From the IMG/VR virus record IMGVR_UViG_3300045988_126875: a DNA stretch of 64,000 nucleotides; one strand, 5' to 3'. Positions within the stretch are counted from its first letter, which is position 1, and the number at the start of each line of letters is the position of its first letter. Source of the DNA: a virus. Below are positions 19,845 to 29,504 of the stretch, in pieces. Under the pieces are notes generated by a model that saw only the letters and a program-made list of their open reading frames with translations, was not told where the DNA came from and ran no database searches. The position numbers and the translations under genes were made by a program.

Positions 19845-20105
19845 CTAAGGTAATAGATCATCCAAATAAGCCCATGATTCCATTTCATCTAATCTGCATA
19901 AAATACATCCTGGACGGCTGGATATAAAAGTTTTGTTCTCTTCCAATATACCCATAATTGGATCCTTTGATCCTATTGTTGATTTCTTAGGGAGAAACAC
20001 AATAAAACGGTGGCAATCTGGAATTACTGTTATAGAATGCCACACGCTGTTAATGCGCCACTCTGCACCAGCTTTAAAAAGAGGAATAGCAAATTCTTGT
20101 TCCAT
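19845..20105 (-). CDS. hypothetical protein
   Basis: 86 aa. Confidence 0.35.
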   Translation of the reverse strand: MEQEFAIPLFKAGAEWRINSVWHSITVIPDCHRFIVFLPKKSTIGSKDPIMGILEENKTFISSRPGCILCRLDEMESWAYLDDLLP

Positions 20106-20111
20106 GTCTAT

Positions 20112-20567
20112 TTAGTTTTGAATTAATGTGAAAAGAGCAATTATAGCCGCAACTGATATAATAGATAAAATAACGTTTGCCAATATATGCTTTAAGAGGC
20201 GCCTTTCGAGATTTGCGATATGCTTTCTTAGCCCTTCGCAATGTTTTTTTGTAGATCTGGATTCTTTGAGTTCTTTGTTGTATTTTACCATATTTTTGTC
20301 GCACCATTTCATTATATCAGCACTTGCCTTGTTAAGCATATCTCTGATTTTTTTATCATCATAGAATGGTATTTCAACATCAACACAAGTATTTGGCCTG
20401 TATAATAATCCATATGTGTCAAAGCACACTTTCAATGTGACAACTTCAGGCTTAGCCATTTCTTCGGCTTGTTTCTTTATCTGCTCATCTGTTGCTTCGG
20501 CTTTAGCTTTAAGCTCATTGTAGTCTTCTATATTCAGCAAAGCCATGTTTTCAAATTCTGTATTCAT
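20112..20567 (-). CDS. hypothetical tail-anchored membrane protein
   Basis: 151 aa with C-terminal TM helix. Confidence 0.4.
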   Translation of the reverse strand: MNTEFENMALLNIEDYNELKAKAEATDEQIKKQAEEMAKPEVVTLKVCFDTYGLLYRPNTCVDVEIPFYDDKKIRDMLNKASADIMKWCDKNMVKYNKELKESRSTKKHCEGLRKHIANLERRLLKHILANVILSIISVAAIIALFTLIQN

Positions 20568-20753
20568 ATCTACTATTTCTTATTTAGAGTGAATGTTTGC
20601 CAAATGCTTTATCCCAACGCCTGCTTGCTATCTGTACACATACTACCAACGCATCACGATATTTACGGGATTAGATGGTTCTTATGTGGCGGATGTTGAT
20701 AATCCTAACAACGCATTCGTACTGATTTTTGCAAACTGTTCACTCAATTATTT

Positions 20754-21005
20754 TTAATTTTTAATTAATTCAACTCCTATAATATCTTCGTAATCAATAT
20801 AGTGCATCATTGAAACACCGTTGTCATCATCAGCCATTATTTCAACACAAGCAGAACAGCCATTGAACGCACCTTCGATTGTTATACCTGTTAATTGCCT
20901 AAAGAATCCGAGAAATTTCTTTGGTTTGATAACCCTAATGCGGACAAGATCATTCCAAGTTATTCCTTTCTCTTTGCAAATAGATTTAAACTTCTCGGCT
21001 GTCAT
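20754..21005 (-). CDS. hypothetical protein
   Basis: 83 aa. Confidence 0.35.
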   Translation of the reverse strand: MTAEKFKSICKEKGITWNDLVRIRVIKPKKFLGFFRQLTGITIEGAFNGCSACVEIMADDDNGVSMMHYIDYEDIIGVELIKN

Positions 21006-21012
21006 AGCTCAC

Positions 21013-21210
21013 TTATTTTTTACGATTACGTTTATTCATTTTCTTCTTCTTACGATCTTTCTTGATCTGCTTTTCGCTTCTTCCGGATTTGTAAGAAGAA
21101 CCTTTATATGCCGGTGGTTTATTTTCCCACATCGGAAGGCTGGCTTCTATTTCATCCATAACAGGCTCTTTAGTCGTTGGCTTATTGTAGTAGATATACT
21201 CGTTATCCAT
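21013..21210 (-). CDS. hypothetical protein with basic tail
   Basis: 65 aa, C-terminal KKDRKKKKMNKRNRKK. Confidence 0.3.
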   Translation of the reverse strand: MDNEYIYYNKPTTKEPVMDEIEASLPMWENKPPAYKGSSYKSGRSEKQIKKDRKKKKMNKRNRKK

Positions 21211-21234
21211 GACTTAGTTCTTTTTAGATGTTAG

Positions 21235-21570
21235 TTAATCTTCTAAATTGCCCTTACCTTCTAATTCAGATAATGCTTGTTCAAATTCCTTTATTTCCTT
21301 TAAGGCATAATCCTTACGATAGGTGATAATATCACGTTGCGTATAATCCGTAAAAAATCGGTCTATCAAGTTCTTATAATGAAACCGTACAGGTTCTTCA
21401 CAATGATTTAGTAAAATCACAAAATTGGAATTTCTCGGATGAAAACACAGGAATCTGTAATAATTCACCTTCCCTGCTATACATTCAATTAACTTTTCAT
21501 CTGTCTTCAATTTATCGACGTCTTCTATGTTTAATATCGGTTTCATATCTTTAGTTTGTTTTAATATCAA
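21235..21570 (-). CDS. hypothetical protein
   Basis: 111 aa. Confidence 0.4.
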   Translation of the reverse strand: MILKQTKDMKPILNIEDVDKLKTDEKLIECIAGKVNYYRFLCFHPRNSNFVILLNHCEEPVRFHYKNLIDRFFTDYTQRDIITYRKDYALKEIKEFEQALSELEGKGNLED

Positions 21571-21818
21571 TTCGAATAAATATAATGCATTCCTGCTTCA
21601 TATACCTTATGTACATCAGGGTCATTCTTGTCTTCCGGTTCCAATTCACTCTCTTCACGAGTATAATCCCATTCAGAGTTGTAGTACATATCCTCGTTTG
21701 TTTTTTCCAAGGAACAATCTTTCATTAGATTCATATTTTCTCCCCAGACTGCAACTTCTTGCTGTTGCTCTTCTTCTGCCATAAGAGATATTTTGTCTTT
21801 CAATTCTTTCCAGGTCAT
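21567..21818 (-). CDS. hypothetical acidic protein
   Basis: 83 aa, 4-nt overlap. Confidence 0.35.
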   Translation of the reverse strand: MTWKELKDKISLMAEEEQQQEVAVWGENMNLMKDCSLEKTNEDMYYNSEWDYTREESELEPEDKNDPDVHKVYEAGMHYIYSN

Positions 21819-21842
21819 AATTTTTAAAAGATGATTAATAGT

Positions 21843-22226
21843 TTATTCTACATCAAAAAGTTGATCCAATACCAATAATTCTGCATTCATGTCTTCATCT
21901 TTCGGGAAACGAACTTTTATGTTTCCGAACTTAGATGTCTTAAACAAGATGTAGGGATTCATATCCTCGGAAGTTACCGGCTTATATTCCTTAACTTCCG
22001 ACATCTTGAGATACCAGTCGCCTATTTTTACAAATCCGGAGAAGACAGAACACAGATGCGCTTTTACAGACTGTATCTCCTTTTTATCTTTGAAAGGTAT
22101 AATTTCCTCCTTTCCCCTTATCCTGATTGACAGGAAAGGACGAATGTTATCTGTTTCATTTTGGAACTTGAAGCCTGTTATGGCTTGCTTTGGGATTCTT
22201 CTCCCCATTAATACAAAATAGCTCAT
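21843..22226 (-). CDS. hypothetical protein
   Basis: 127 aa. Confidence 0.4.
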   Translation of the reverse strand: MSYFVLMGRRIPKQAITGFKFQNETDNIRPFLSIRIRGKEEIIPFKDKKEIQSVKAHLCSVFSGFVKIGDWYLKMSEVKEYKPVTSEDMNPYILFKTSKFGNIKVRFPKDEDMNAELLVLDQLFDVE

Positions 22227-22228
22227 TG

Positions 22229-22537
22229 TTATAAGTGATTTTGTTTTATGTCAGGTAAGTAATTTGTAATAACATCAAGTGATATCCATAACTCTGGCTC
22301 TATGCTGTTTTTTATTCTATCACTGAAAAGAGAATTATCATCACAATCACAATGAGAGATTGTGATATAACAATCTTGATAATCCCACCAATGAGCCGAT
22401 TTAAAATCGTCCCCTCCATTCCAAAACCCTATTCTTATACCTCTTGGGTTGAAATCTTCATCTATCCAACTTGGATGGTAAGCCAACACCTCTTCTCCCT
22501 CTGGAGGTTTTTCCTCTTTGAATTTCTTCCAGTTCAT
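22229..22537 (-). CDS. hypothetical protein
   Basis: 102 aa. Confidence 0.4.
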   Translation of the reverse strand: MNWKKFKEEKPPEGEEVLAYHPSWIDEDFNPRGIRIGFWNGGDDFKSAHWWDYQDCYITISHCDCDDNSLFSDRIKNSIEPELWISLDVITNYLPDIKQNHL

Positions 22538-22578
22538 TTTTTTTTCTTTAATTAATTATAAATTGTGTTAAATTATAT

Positions 22579-22923
22579 TTATTTCTTCCCAATCTTTTTA
22601 ATCTTTGTTGGTCTTGACAATCGATAATCCTTTTCTATCGGTCTACCGAATACATCATTCCTGTATCCTTTATATCCTTTCTCGTAAATGCTAATCCTTG
22701 CGCAGAACTCAACCACATCGCCCGGTAATAAATCAGCGTTTTTGAATCCTTTTGTCAAATCAAACCACAAATGGTCTGTTACTACTTTACCATCGAGTAA
22801 CACGTCTTGTAAAAGTATTGTCTTTACAGGTCCTTTATACCCATCCCTGAATCCAAAACGAATGAATGTTGCTGTAAATACGTGTCGCTCTTTTGAGCCT
22901 ATTATTTTCAATTCCTTTCTCAT
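22579..22923 (-). CDS. hypothetical protein (downstream partner of ABC ATPase)
   Basis: 114 aa, start 7 nt after ATPase stop. Confidence 0.4.
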   Translation of the reverse strand: MRKELKIIGSKERHVFTATFIRFGFRDGYKGPVKTILLQDVLLDGKVVTDHLWFDLTKGFKNADLLPGDVVEFCARISIYEKGYKGYRNDVFGRPIEKDYRLSRPTKIKKIGKK

Positions 22924-22929
22924 GTTCTT

Positions 22930-23736
22930 TCATTCATTTGTTTCGCTTATAAAATTAACAACATTCTTTAGATACCCTTCTGTCATCTCTATGAAATTAA
23001 CACAATCCAATTTGCTTAATTTGTAAATCAATGCCGGATTGTGTACTATGGCTATAATTTGTGTTTGTGGTTTATGAAATGACAATACATTATAAATTTG
23101 CATTATGTTGTCAATGTCAAGATTCCTGTCTGGCTCATCCATGAGAACCGTGTATTCAAAACTGCTTTCTGTTAATGTTATGCGGTTTCTTTTATAATAC
23201 TTCAACAGGTTATCAATTCTTTTAATCCAAAACGCATTTGATTTTTTCTTGTATTCTACAAGATCTTGTATTGGAAACGTATAATCCTTTTGACCGAACA
23301 TTAAATTGAAAAGTGATTCCAATGATAACACCACTTTCTCTCCATAAGATCTTCGAATATTATTCACATACAAATCGAAATTGCTGATATTTTTCAATAC
23401 GCTATCTCGATTCATCTCCGCCGATGGCAATAAACGGAATACTTTCCCTGCATAATCGGATGATATGTCAATCCCATCAAGAACCTTGTCATCATCATCA
23501 AATATAGGTGGAAAATCCAGTGCCTCGATCGGTATTTCAGAGCACATGGACTTCTCGCATAACGCATACATTGATATGATGTTAAGCAAGGTTGATTTTC
23601 CACTACCGTTTTTCCCTATAATCACATTCACTCCTGGCTTGAAAATAAATTCTCTGCCATTTTCAAATGCTTCTATATCCGAAACATATTCAAATGGAGT
23701 TTTTGTATTGTCTTTTATTTTTACTGATGTTATCAT
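22930..23736 (-). CDS. minimal ABC-type (SMC/RecF-like head) ATPase
   Basis: Walker A GKNGSGKST within RecF/SMC-like N-terminal strand, Walker B/D-loop LMDEPDRNLD, H-loop AIVHNP; only 268 aa. Confidence 0.65.
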   Translation of the reverse strand: MITSVKIKDNTKTPFEYVSDIEAFENGREFIFKPGVNVIIGKNGSGKSTLLNIISMYALCEKSMCSEIPIEALDFPPIFDDDDKVLDGIDISSDYAGKVFRLLPSAEMNRDSVLKNISNFDLYVNNIRRSYGEKVVLSLESLFNLMFGQKDYTFPIQDLVEYKKKSNAFWIKRIDNLLKYYKRNRITLTESSFEYTVLMDEPDRNLDIDNIMQIYNVLSFHKPQTQIIAIVHNPALIYKLSKLDCVNFIEMTEGYLKNVVNFISETNE

Positions 23737-23781
23737 TGTAATCCTTTTTAAAAATCAATTACCGCCCGAACCCTGCTACTG

Positions 23782-24516
23782 TTATCCATTTTTATTAGTT
23801 CCTAAAAGATGTTCGTTACCCTCAAAATGAATACAATAATCCCATAATGTTCCATTGGAACATTCGTACTTATAAGGCAATCCATTATAATCGTCCACAA
23901 TTTCCCTTGCAAACAAACTGATATTCCATTTTTTATTTCCTTCTTTTCTTACCAGCACTTTATCAAACGGCTTAAACTCATATTTCGGCTTTTCTTCAAT
24001 TCCGAAGAAACGTTTCAGATACTCCTTAGCCTTTGGATTATTGCTTGCCTTTAATGCGTTAATCATCCTCTGTTTTTCCGAATCTGTTGCAAGTCTATAA
24101 CGTTCTATATTGTTTTCGCTTGCAGCAATATTATCCGATATATTAAGACTTGTTCCCGCTGCAAGACTCGCATACAAAGATGTTAAATATTTCCCATTAG
24201 TATTTAAGATAAAAATATAATTTCCTTCTTCGTCGCTTAGCACATCTCCATCTTTGAATGTGGCATATTCTGGAACTTCAAGAAGAAGACGATTTGCGTC
24301 GTTAAACGCTTTCCCCGTGGACGAAAACCAATCCGCTAATACAGGAATCGAATGAATTACAACCAATAAAGGATATTCATTACACAAATTATCTTCATAT
24401 ACTATTTCTGCTCTATTTCGTCCTTTCTCTGCCACAATCTGACCTAATCTTTCGCCTTTTCTTATTTTCTTTGCCGTTTCTAAATCAAACGGGATTGTTA
24501 CCATTTTATGTTCCAT
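23782..24516 (-). CDS. hypothetical protein, paralog 1 (internal PFD...VLVR duplication)
   Basis: 244 aa; shares C-terminus ...KYEC...EGNEHLLGTNKN with 24868-25608. Confidence 0.5.
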   Translation of the reverse strand: MEHKMVTIPFDLETAKKIRKGERLGQIVAEKGRNRAEIVYEDNLCNEYPLLVVIHSIPVLADWFSSTGKAFNDANRLLLEVPEYATFKDGDVLSDEEGNYIFILNTNGKYLTSLYASLAAGTSLNISDNIAASENNIERYRLATDSEKQRMINALKASNNPKAKEYLKRFFGIEEKPKYEFKPFDKVLVRKEGNKKWNISLFAREIVDDYNGLPYKYECSNGTLWDYCIHFEGNEHLLGTNKNG

Positions 24517-24867
24517 AATCTTATTTGTTTTAGTAATTATATACTATTTTACGACATCCGTATGTTGTAAAACATACGGATGATGATTAATTTCATATTC
24601 TTCTTTTCTAACTTTGTTTCACTCAATCGAATCACTCAGTCCCTTGTTTCGGACAAGACGGTTGGGTAAAAGAGGTCTTTGATATAAGGTTCCATCTTGA
24701 AAACGTAAGATGGGTAAAATCAAAAACGTTTTGTTCGGTAAAATAATCCGGTGATCTCACTTTTGAGCAACCGGTAGAGGGTATTGGTGATACCCAGTAT
24801 GATGCTTCGTACAAATGTATATCATTTTTCATTTTTGATATAAAATGGTGTATAATCACCTTAGTTC

Positions 24868-25608
24868 CTAAAAATTTTTGTTAGTTCCTAAAAGATGTTC
24901 GTTCCCTTCGTATGGGATACATTGACTAAATCCTACCCCTCCTAAGCATTCGTATTTATTATCTCCTCCTGATTCTCTGGAAAATAAATGCAATTTCCAC
25001 CTCTCTTGGTTAGTTCTTCTCACCAGCACTCGTTCAAATGGTTTGAAGTCGCGTTTCGGCATCTCATCTAATAGATACTCATATTCACTTAAATATCGTT
25101 TTACTATATCTATTTTTCTACTGTCTTCCGCTTTTATAATCTTTTCTGCTAAAAATTTCTTCTCTTCCTCTATAGCCTTTCTTACATGCCGTTTTTTATC
25201 TTCATCATACACATCAGTCCATAATCCGCTATGATCAAACTCAATATCTCCAGATGTTACCATTCCACATATACTTCCCATTACCCCTTTGGTAATAAGT
25301 CCATCATATATAAATTGACATCCTTTAGTGCTTGTTAATACATCTCCTTTCTTAAAATACGCTCCAGCCTCTACCCTCAATTCCAGAGTGGCGTCAGCAA
25401 AAGTACAACCTTCTGTGTTAGCATATATAGCACTTATCCCATATCCATCTTTTTTTACAAAAAGTAAATTATAAGGACTTGTACAGTCTTTCGACTCATA
25501 TACAAATTCTATTTCAATATCATTAATTAATACCGAACCTTCTATTTCTCCGCTTTTAATTTTTCTCGCCGTATTTAAATCAAACGGAACAATAATTGGA
25601 TTTTCCAT
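24868..25608 (-). CDS. hypothetical protein, paralog 2
   Basis: 246 aa; paralogous to 23782-24516 (IPFDL N-terminus, FKPFE[RK]VLVR repeat, EGNEHLLGTNKNF end). Confidence 0.5.
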   Translation of the reverse strand: MENPIIVPFDLNTARKIKSGEIEGSVLINDIEIEFVYESKDCTSPYNLLFVKKDGYGISAIYANTEGCTFADATLELRVEAGAYFKKGDVLTSTKGCQFIYDGLITKGVMGSICGMVTSGDIEFDHSGLWTDVYDEDKKRHVRKAIEEEKKFLAEKIIKAEDSRKIDIVKRYLSEYEYLLDEMPKRDFKPFERVLVRRTNQERWKLHLFSRESGGDNKYECLGGVGFSQCIPYEGNEHLLGTNKNF

Positions 25609-25648
25609 ATCTTTTCGTTTTTAATTGTTATAAAACAGGATGGGTTAC

Positions 25649-26047
25649 TTACGCCCATCCCAGTTGTTTCGCAATACTTTCCATCTCGCTATATGCAATC
25701 CGGTGGCATCCAGCGGTTAACAAATCGTTTTCGTACCGATTTAGACTCCACTGGTGGCCGGTGACGTCCTCCACCAGACCGTGCCGAAACTCGGCGCCCC
25801 GGTGCATTGCCGACACAGCCCGCCACAACCGGTCATACAATGCAGCCAGTTCACGATTGCTTTCATAATGCTGCCAGATTTTATGATTCAATACCAGCGT
25901 CAATTCTGTAAAGAACTTATAATCGTCTTTCCATTCATTAAACGCTCTTTTGTAGGTATCTTTGACACCTGCTATACCATACTTGTCGGCTATGCTGAAA
26001 TCTCCCCCAAAAGGTGGTTATTAGGTCATAGCCGTTCTCCTGCATAA
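25649..26047 (-). pseudogene. frameshifted gene in GC-rich (~50% GC) islet
   Basis: ATG at 26047 opens MTFKEFMQENGYDLITTFWG then hits a stop; the -1 frame continues DFSIADKYGIAGVKDTYKRAF... to 25649; shift coincides with C5/G5 homopolymer near 26005; local GC far above genome background. Confidence 0.4.
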
Positions 26048-26074
26048 ATTCTTTGAATGTCATAAACTATTATT

Positions 26075-26542
26075 TTAGGTATATAATTGCCTTATCTTAT
26101 TAATGATCTCTTCCTTAAATTCGTAATACTCATATATACGACCTTTGTAGTCAGCTATCATTTCTTCAATCTTACTTTCGGATGCCCATAACCCATAATA
26201 CACATAGCAATCCGATAATCTATCTACTGAAGAAACACCAATCAACATCATTTTGGAAAATGGATTTCCCTCTTTTTCCAATTCTTCTCTTGCTCTCTCT
26301 GTCACCGCATCCCACCATTGCCCTTCACACTTCTCTATCTCTCCGTTGTCAAGTACGATATCGAACTTTCTACCTCCGAAAGCTTCTCTTCTCTCATTTC
26401 TCTTTGCAAGGAAATCATAGAATATACCTCCTATCCTTCCAATAATGGTATCATCTCCGTACTTTGTACTAATTTTATCAGGCATTTCATCGAAGACGAG
26501 GTACTTATAGTCTCCTGATTCAACTACGTATAATAAATTCAT
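26075..26542 (-). CDS. hypothetical protein
   Basis: 155 aa. Confidence 0.45.
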   Translation of the reverse strand: MNLLYVVESGDYKYLVFDEMPDKISTKYGDDTIIGRIGGIFYDFLAKRNERREAFGGRKFDIVLDNGEIEKCEGQWWDAVTERAREELEKEGNPFSKMMLIGVSSVDRLSDCYVYYGLWASESKIEEMIADYKGRIYEYYEFKEEIINKIRQLYT

Positions 26543-26553
26543 GATCTATTCCT

Positions 26554-27033
26554 TTAGATGTAAGTTATGCCGCCAACCTTAATCTGCATTATATCGTTTT
26601 CAAGCATAATGAAATTATTTTGTTTTATGGATCCAAATATCAATCCATATACACTTACCGTATTAAACAGCCTAACAGTGTGAAAATCTTCATTTAGCTT
26701 TACTCTGTTTTTATCCCAATATCCCAAATCGTTGATAGTTATAGGGAATCCTCCTATGTTGTTATACCTGTAGTAATTGTTTTTATTGAAAACTATTTTC
26801 TTTATTAATAGGTTCCCGACGCTTTTCATGTTGAATCCGGACAACTCTATCTGTTCTGAAATATAATTAATCAAATTATTATGATACGTGTTTGGCTTAT
26901 CTTCTCTCTTGTCAATGATTTTCTTCCATTTCTTCGTTAGTGGAACCCTAATATCCATATATGTATTAAATACTACTATGGTGGGACATTCTTCTTCAAA
27001 CTTAGTTAAATCTTCTACTCTCATAATTATCAA
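26554..27033 (-). CDS. hypothetical protein
   Basis: 159 aa. Confidence 0.45.
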   Translation of the reverse strand: MIIMRVEDLTKFEEECPTIVVFNTYMDIRVPLTKKWKKIIDKREDKPNTYHNNLINYISEQIELSGFNMKSVGNLLIKKIVFNKNNYYRYNNIGGFPITINDLGYWDKNRVKLNEDFHTVRLFNTVSVYGLIFGSIKQNNFIMLENDIMQIKVGGITYI

Positions 27034-27365
27034 ACTTTTGCATTATCATACAATTCTCTTGTATATGGACTGTATATTGTTCCAGATTCTACTGCCCCTG
27101 GCTCTACGGCCATCAATCCTACACCTACCTCATAATACAATTCAAGGTCTATTGGCATCATCGCCTCCTTCTTTGCTTCTTCTTCGCTTAAGCCGGAAAG
27201 CATCAAACATTCTACTTTGTTTGCATATGCAATAGGAAACCTCTCTGGATCTAATCTTACTGAAATTATTTCAGCATCCTCTGCACTATTAAGAACTAAC
27301 TTATTTTTCATATTTATATTGTTTTCGCTGTTCACTATCTGATTAATATATGGGCCTGGCCACAA
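27030..27365 (-). CDS. hypothetical protein
   Basis: 111 aa. Confidence 0.4.
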   Translation of the reverse strand: MWPGPYINQIVNSENNINMKNKLVLNSAEDAEIISVRLDPERFPIAYANKVECLMLSGLSEEEAKKEAMMPIDLELYYEVGVGLMAVEPGAVESGTIYSPYTRELYDNAKV

Positions 27366-27402
27366 ACAGCCAGGCTGACCTCATGCCAGGGCGGGCTCCG
27401 CC

Positions 27403-27591
27403 TTACTCTGGCTGTTCCACCCACTCCCTGTATCCCACGTTAAAACCAATAGGATCATACCTTTTGATCATAGTGCCATAATTCTCTCTACCGCAATACC
27501 TGTTCTTTCCTCCAATGATCCATGCCTCATCGTCTCTATCTGGAGATATTGAGTTAAGATACTTCTCATAATCTTTTCTACTCTTTCCCAT
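27403..27591 (-). CDS. hypothetical protein
   Basis: 62 aa. Confidence 0.3.
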   Translation of the reverse strand: MGKSRKDYEKYLNSISPDRDDEAWIIGGKNRYCGRENYGTMIKRYDPIGFNVGYREWVEQPE

Positions 27592-27793
27592 CTTTGTCTT
27601 GATTTAAGCAATAGTTAATAAAATAAGCAACCTGTTCATTTTCCCCTGGATTGCTATAATCATAAAAAGTCATATCAGTATAATCCAGCATGACTACACG
27701 AAAATCGTTTTTTTTGACATACACTTCCGTTAAATACATAGAATTTCCATCAATTTCTATTATCACTGGAAACTGATCATCAAAGTCAAACAC
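27578..27793 (-). CDS. hypothetical protein
   Basis: 71 aa. Confidence 0.3.
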   Translation of the reverse strand: MFDFDDQFPVIIEIDGNSMYLTEVYVKKNDFRVVMLDYTDMTFYDYSNPGENEQVAYFINYCLNQDKDGKE

Positions 27794-28033
27794 GTTATTA
27801 GCTTCTTGCTATTCTTTAAACTCTTTAAATTTTAGCTTTACGCTTCCACCGTTCTCCGTTAATGCTTCTTTGATGTACTTTAATCTTTTTGCATTCAGAT
27901 TGACCTCCGCTTCTTCTATTTCTTTATACAATTTATTTAGATCCATATTCCATTATATTTATGTTGTCAAATTTTTCTTTTATAATATCCAAGACACCAT
28001 ACTCGTTTGTTATCATAGCATGCTTTCCCGGCT

Positions 28034-28285
28034 TCATTCCTTTATTCTACTTATTTTTAAATTGTTGTTCTTACAGTATTCCTTTAGCCAACTATCCGTT
28101 AAATAGCGATTGACTCTATCATATTTCTTTTTCGGACCCTTGCTCCAGAATTTCCATTCGTTTGTAATATCGTTCCCATATTTATCAAACCAATATATAT
28201 AATATACTACGTTACCGTATAAATCCACTTTGTTTCTCTCCTGTATGATTACCTCGTAAGGCATTTCCTTGTCTCTTTTCTCCAT
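28034..28285 (-). CDS. hypothetical protein
   Basis: 83 aa. Confidence 0.35.
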   Translation of the reverse strand: MEKRDKEMPYEVIIQERNKVDLYGNVVYYIYWFDKYGNDITNEWKFWSKGPKKKYDRVNRYLTDSWLKEYCKNNNLKISRIKE

Positions 28286-28359
28286 CTTTATCCTCCTTTC
28301 TTAAAAAAAACGACACCTATCTTCACAGACCAGTGCCGGTAACTAACTTACATGGAAAA

Positions 28360-28770
28360 CTACTTAACCTCAACTAATTCTACAGAGTTGTAGAATTTAG
28401 TGAAGCTACCAACAAATTCTCTTATATTATTGTATTCTTCTGGTCGTTTTCTGTTACCGTCTTTTACATAATTTACCCACAGTCTATCCTCTATGTTCTT
28501 AATCGCATTCTCTATCGTAAATTCGTCGCTGACGCTCATTAAACACGAAGACCCGGTTTTCTTATGTGGTTTATATATCCTTGAAAAAGACCACATTTTT
28601 ATTCTATCATATATATATCCGTTGTTGGGATAAACGAATCCTATCCGGCTGTCACCTTCTTTGGCGTAAAATACACCCGGCTCCTTTCCGCCCTTTCTAT
28701 ATACCACAAATCCTTTTTCTTTTAGGATCTTAACTACTTTATCTAATTTGTTTTCTACGTTCATTTTCAT
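28360..28770 (-). CDS. hypothetical protein
   Basis: 136 aa. Confidence 0.4.
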   Translation of the reverse strand: MKMNVENKLDKVVKILKEKGFVVYRKGGKEPGVFYAKEGDSRIGFVYPNNGYIYDRIKMWSFSRIYKPHKKTGSSCLMSVSDEFTIENAIKNIEDRLWVNYVKDGNRKRPEEYNNIREFVGSFTKFYNSVELVEVK

Positions 28771-29221
28771 GCAAAAATTTAAAAACGACCCTCATTATAT
28801 CTCCAAAGTTCTCCACCTTAACCCGCTCATTAGCCACTGCTCTAAGTACAGACGTTTCGTATGTTGGAACATTGTCTTCTTCAATCATCTTACAGGAAGC
28901 CAGAACTCCTTCAGTCGGCTTTAGTCCACGGTCATGCAGCTCGCAGAGACCGTCCGGCTGGCGGAATGCGCACCACCCGTCTTTCTCTGTTGGCTGGATC
29001 ATCGCTATTGGTTTCTCTCCCACTGCAAGATACCCTACCATCCACATTGTTTCTTTTAACCTGTCAGCGTATCCGACATCTATGATAGCCTCTATGTCTT
29101 TTGGCGTACCAATACAAGGAACCTTACACATGTTCTTGCATTTATCACATGTACAAGGTTGCTCCCATCTGTTATGATCTATGCCAACCAACTTCTTCAT
29201 CCGTTCTACTTCTTCTTTCAT
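28739..29221 (-). CDS. hypothetical Cys-rich protein
   Basis: 160 aa with CTCDKCKNMCKVPC cluster. Confidence 0.4.
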   Translation of the reverse strand: MKEEVERMKKLVGIDHNRWEQPCTCDKCKNMCKVPCIGTPKDIEAIIDVGYADRLKETMWMVGYLAVGEKPIAMIQPTEKDGWCAFRQPDGLCELHDRGLKPTEGVLASCKMIEEDNVPTYETSVLRAVANERVKVENFGDIMRVVFKFLHENERRKQIR

Positions 29222-29222
29222 A

Positions 29223-29504
29223 TTATACTATCTCTGTTAGTTTTTCATAATACAACTTCATTTCCGGTGAAGCATATTCCATGAATGCTTCGAATAAGTA
29301 GGGTACCTCTATTATCATATTCACATTACAACCTTCTGCCTGTGAAAGAGATTCAAGATCATTACTGTATGAACACGTTACATAAGCTCCTACATTAAAC
29401 ACATGTAAATCTAATCTTACATATTCCATACATAAATCTAACGCTTTAAACAAGTTCTCTACCTCAATCTCCTGAAATAGGTCTATAAACATCCTTAAAT
29501 CCAT
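29223..29504 (-). CDS. hypothetical protein
   Basis: 93 aa. Confidence 0.35.
   Translation of the reverse strand: MDLRMFIDLFQEIEVENLFKALDLCMEYVRLDLHVFNVGAYVTCSYSNDLESLSQAEGCNVNMIIEVPYLFEAFMEYASPEMKLYYEKLTEIV

Noticed and set aside
20568-20753. 186-nt intergenic region with three caacgc motifs - possible sRNA
   Set aside because: No convincing hairpin-terminator or conserved structure seen by eye; left as an ordinary promoter region.
24632-24859. 75-aa minus-strand ORF in the spacer between the two paralogs
   Set aside because: No conserved features; the spacer instead carries a strong inverted repeat and looks regulatory. Could be a tiny gene but unsupported.
25596-26047. Plus-strand ORFs 25596-25868 and 25754-26047
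   Set aside because: Lie in the GC-rich islet antisense to the frameshifted minus-strand gene; high GC inflates random ORF length.
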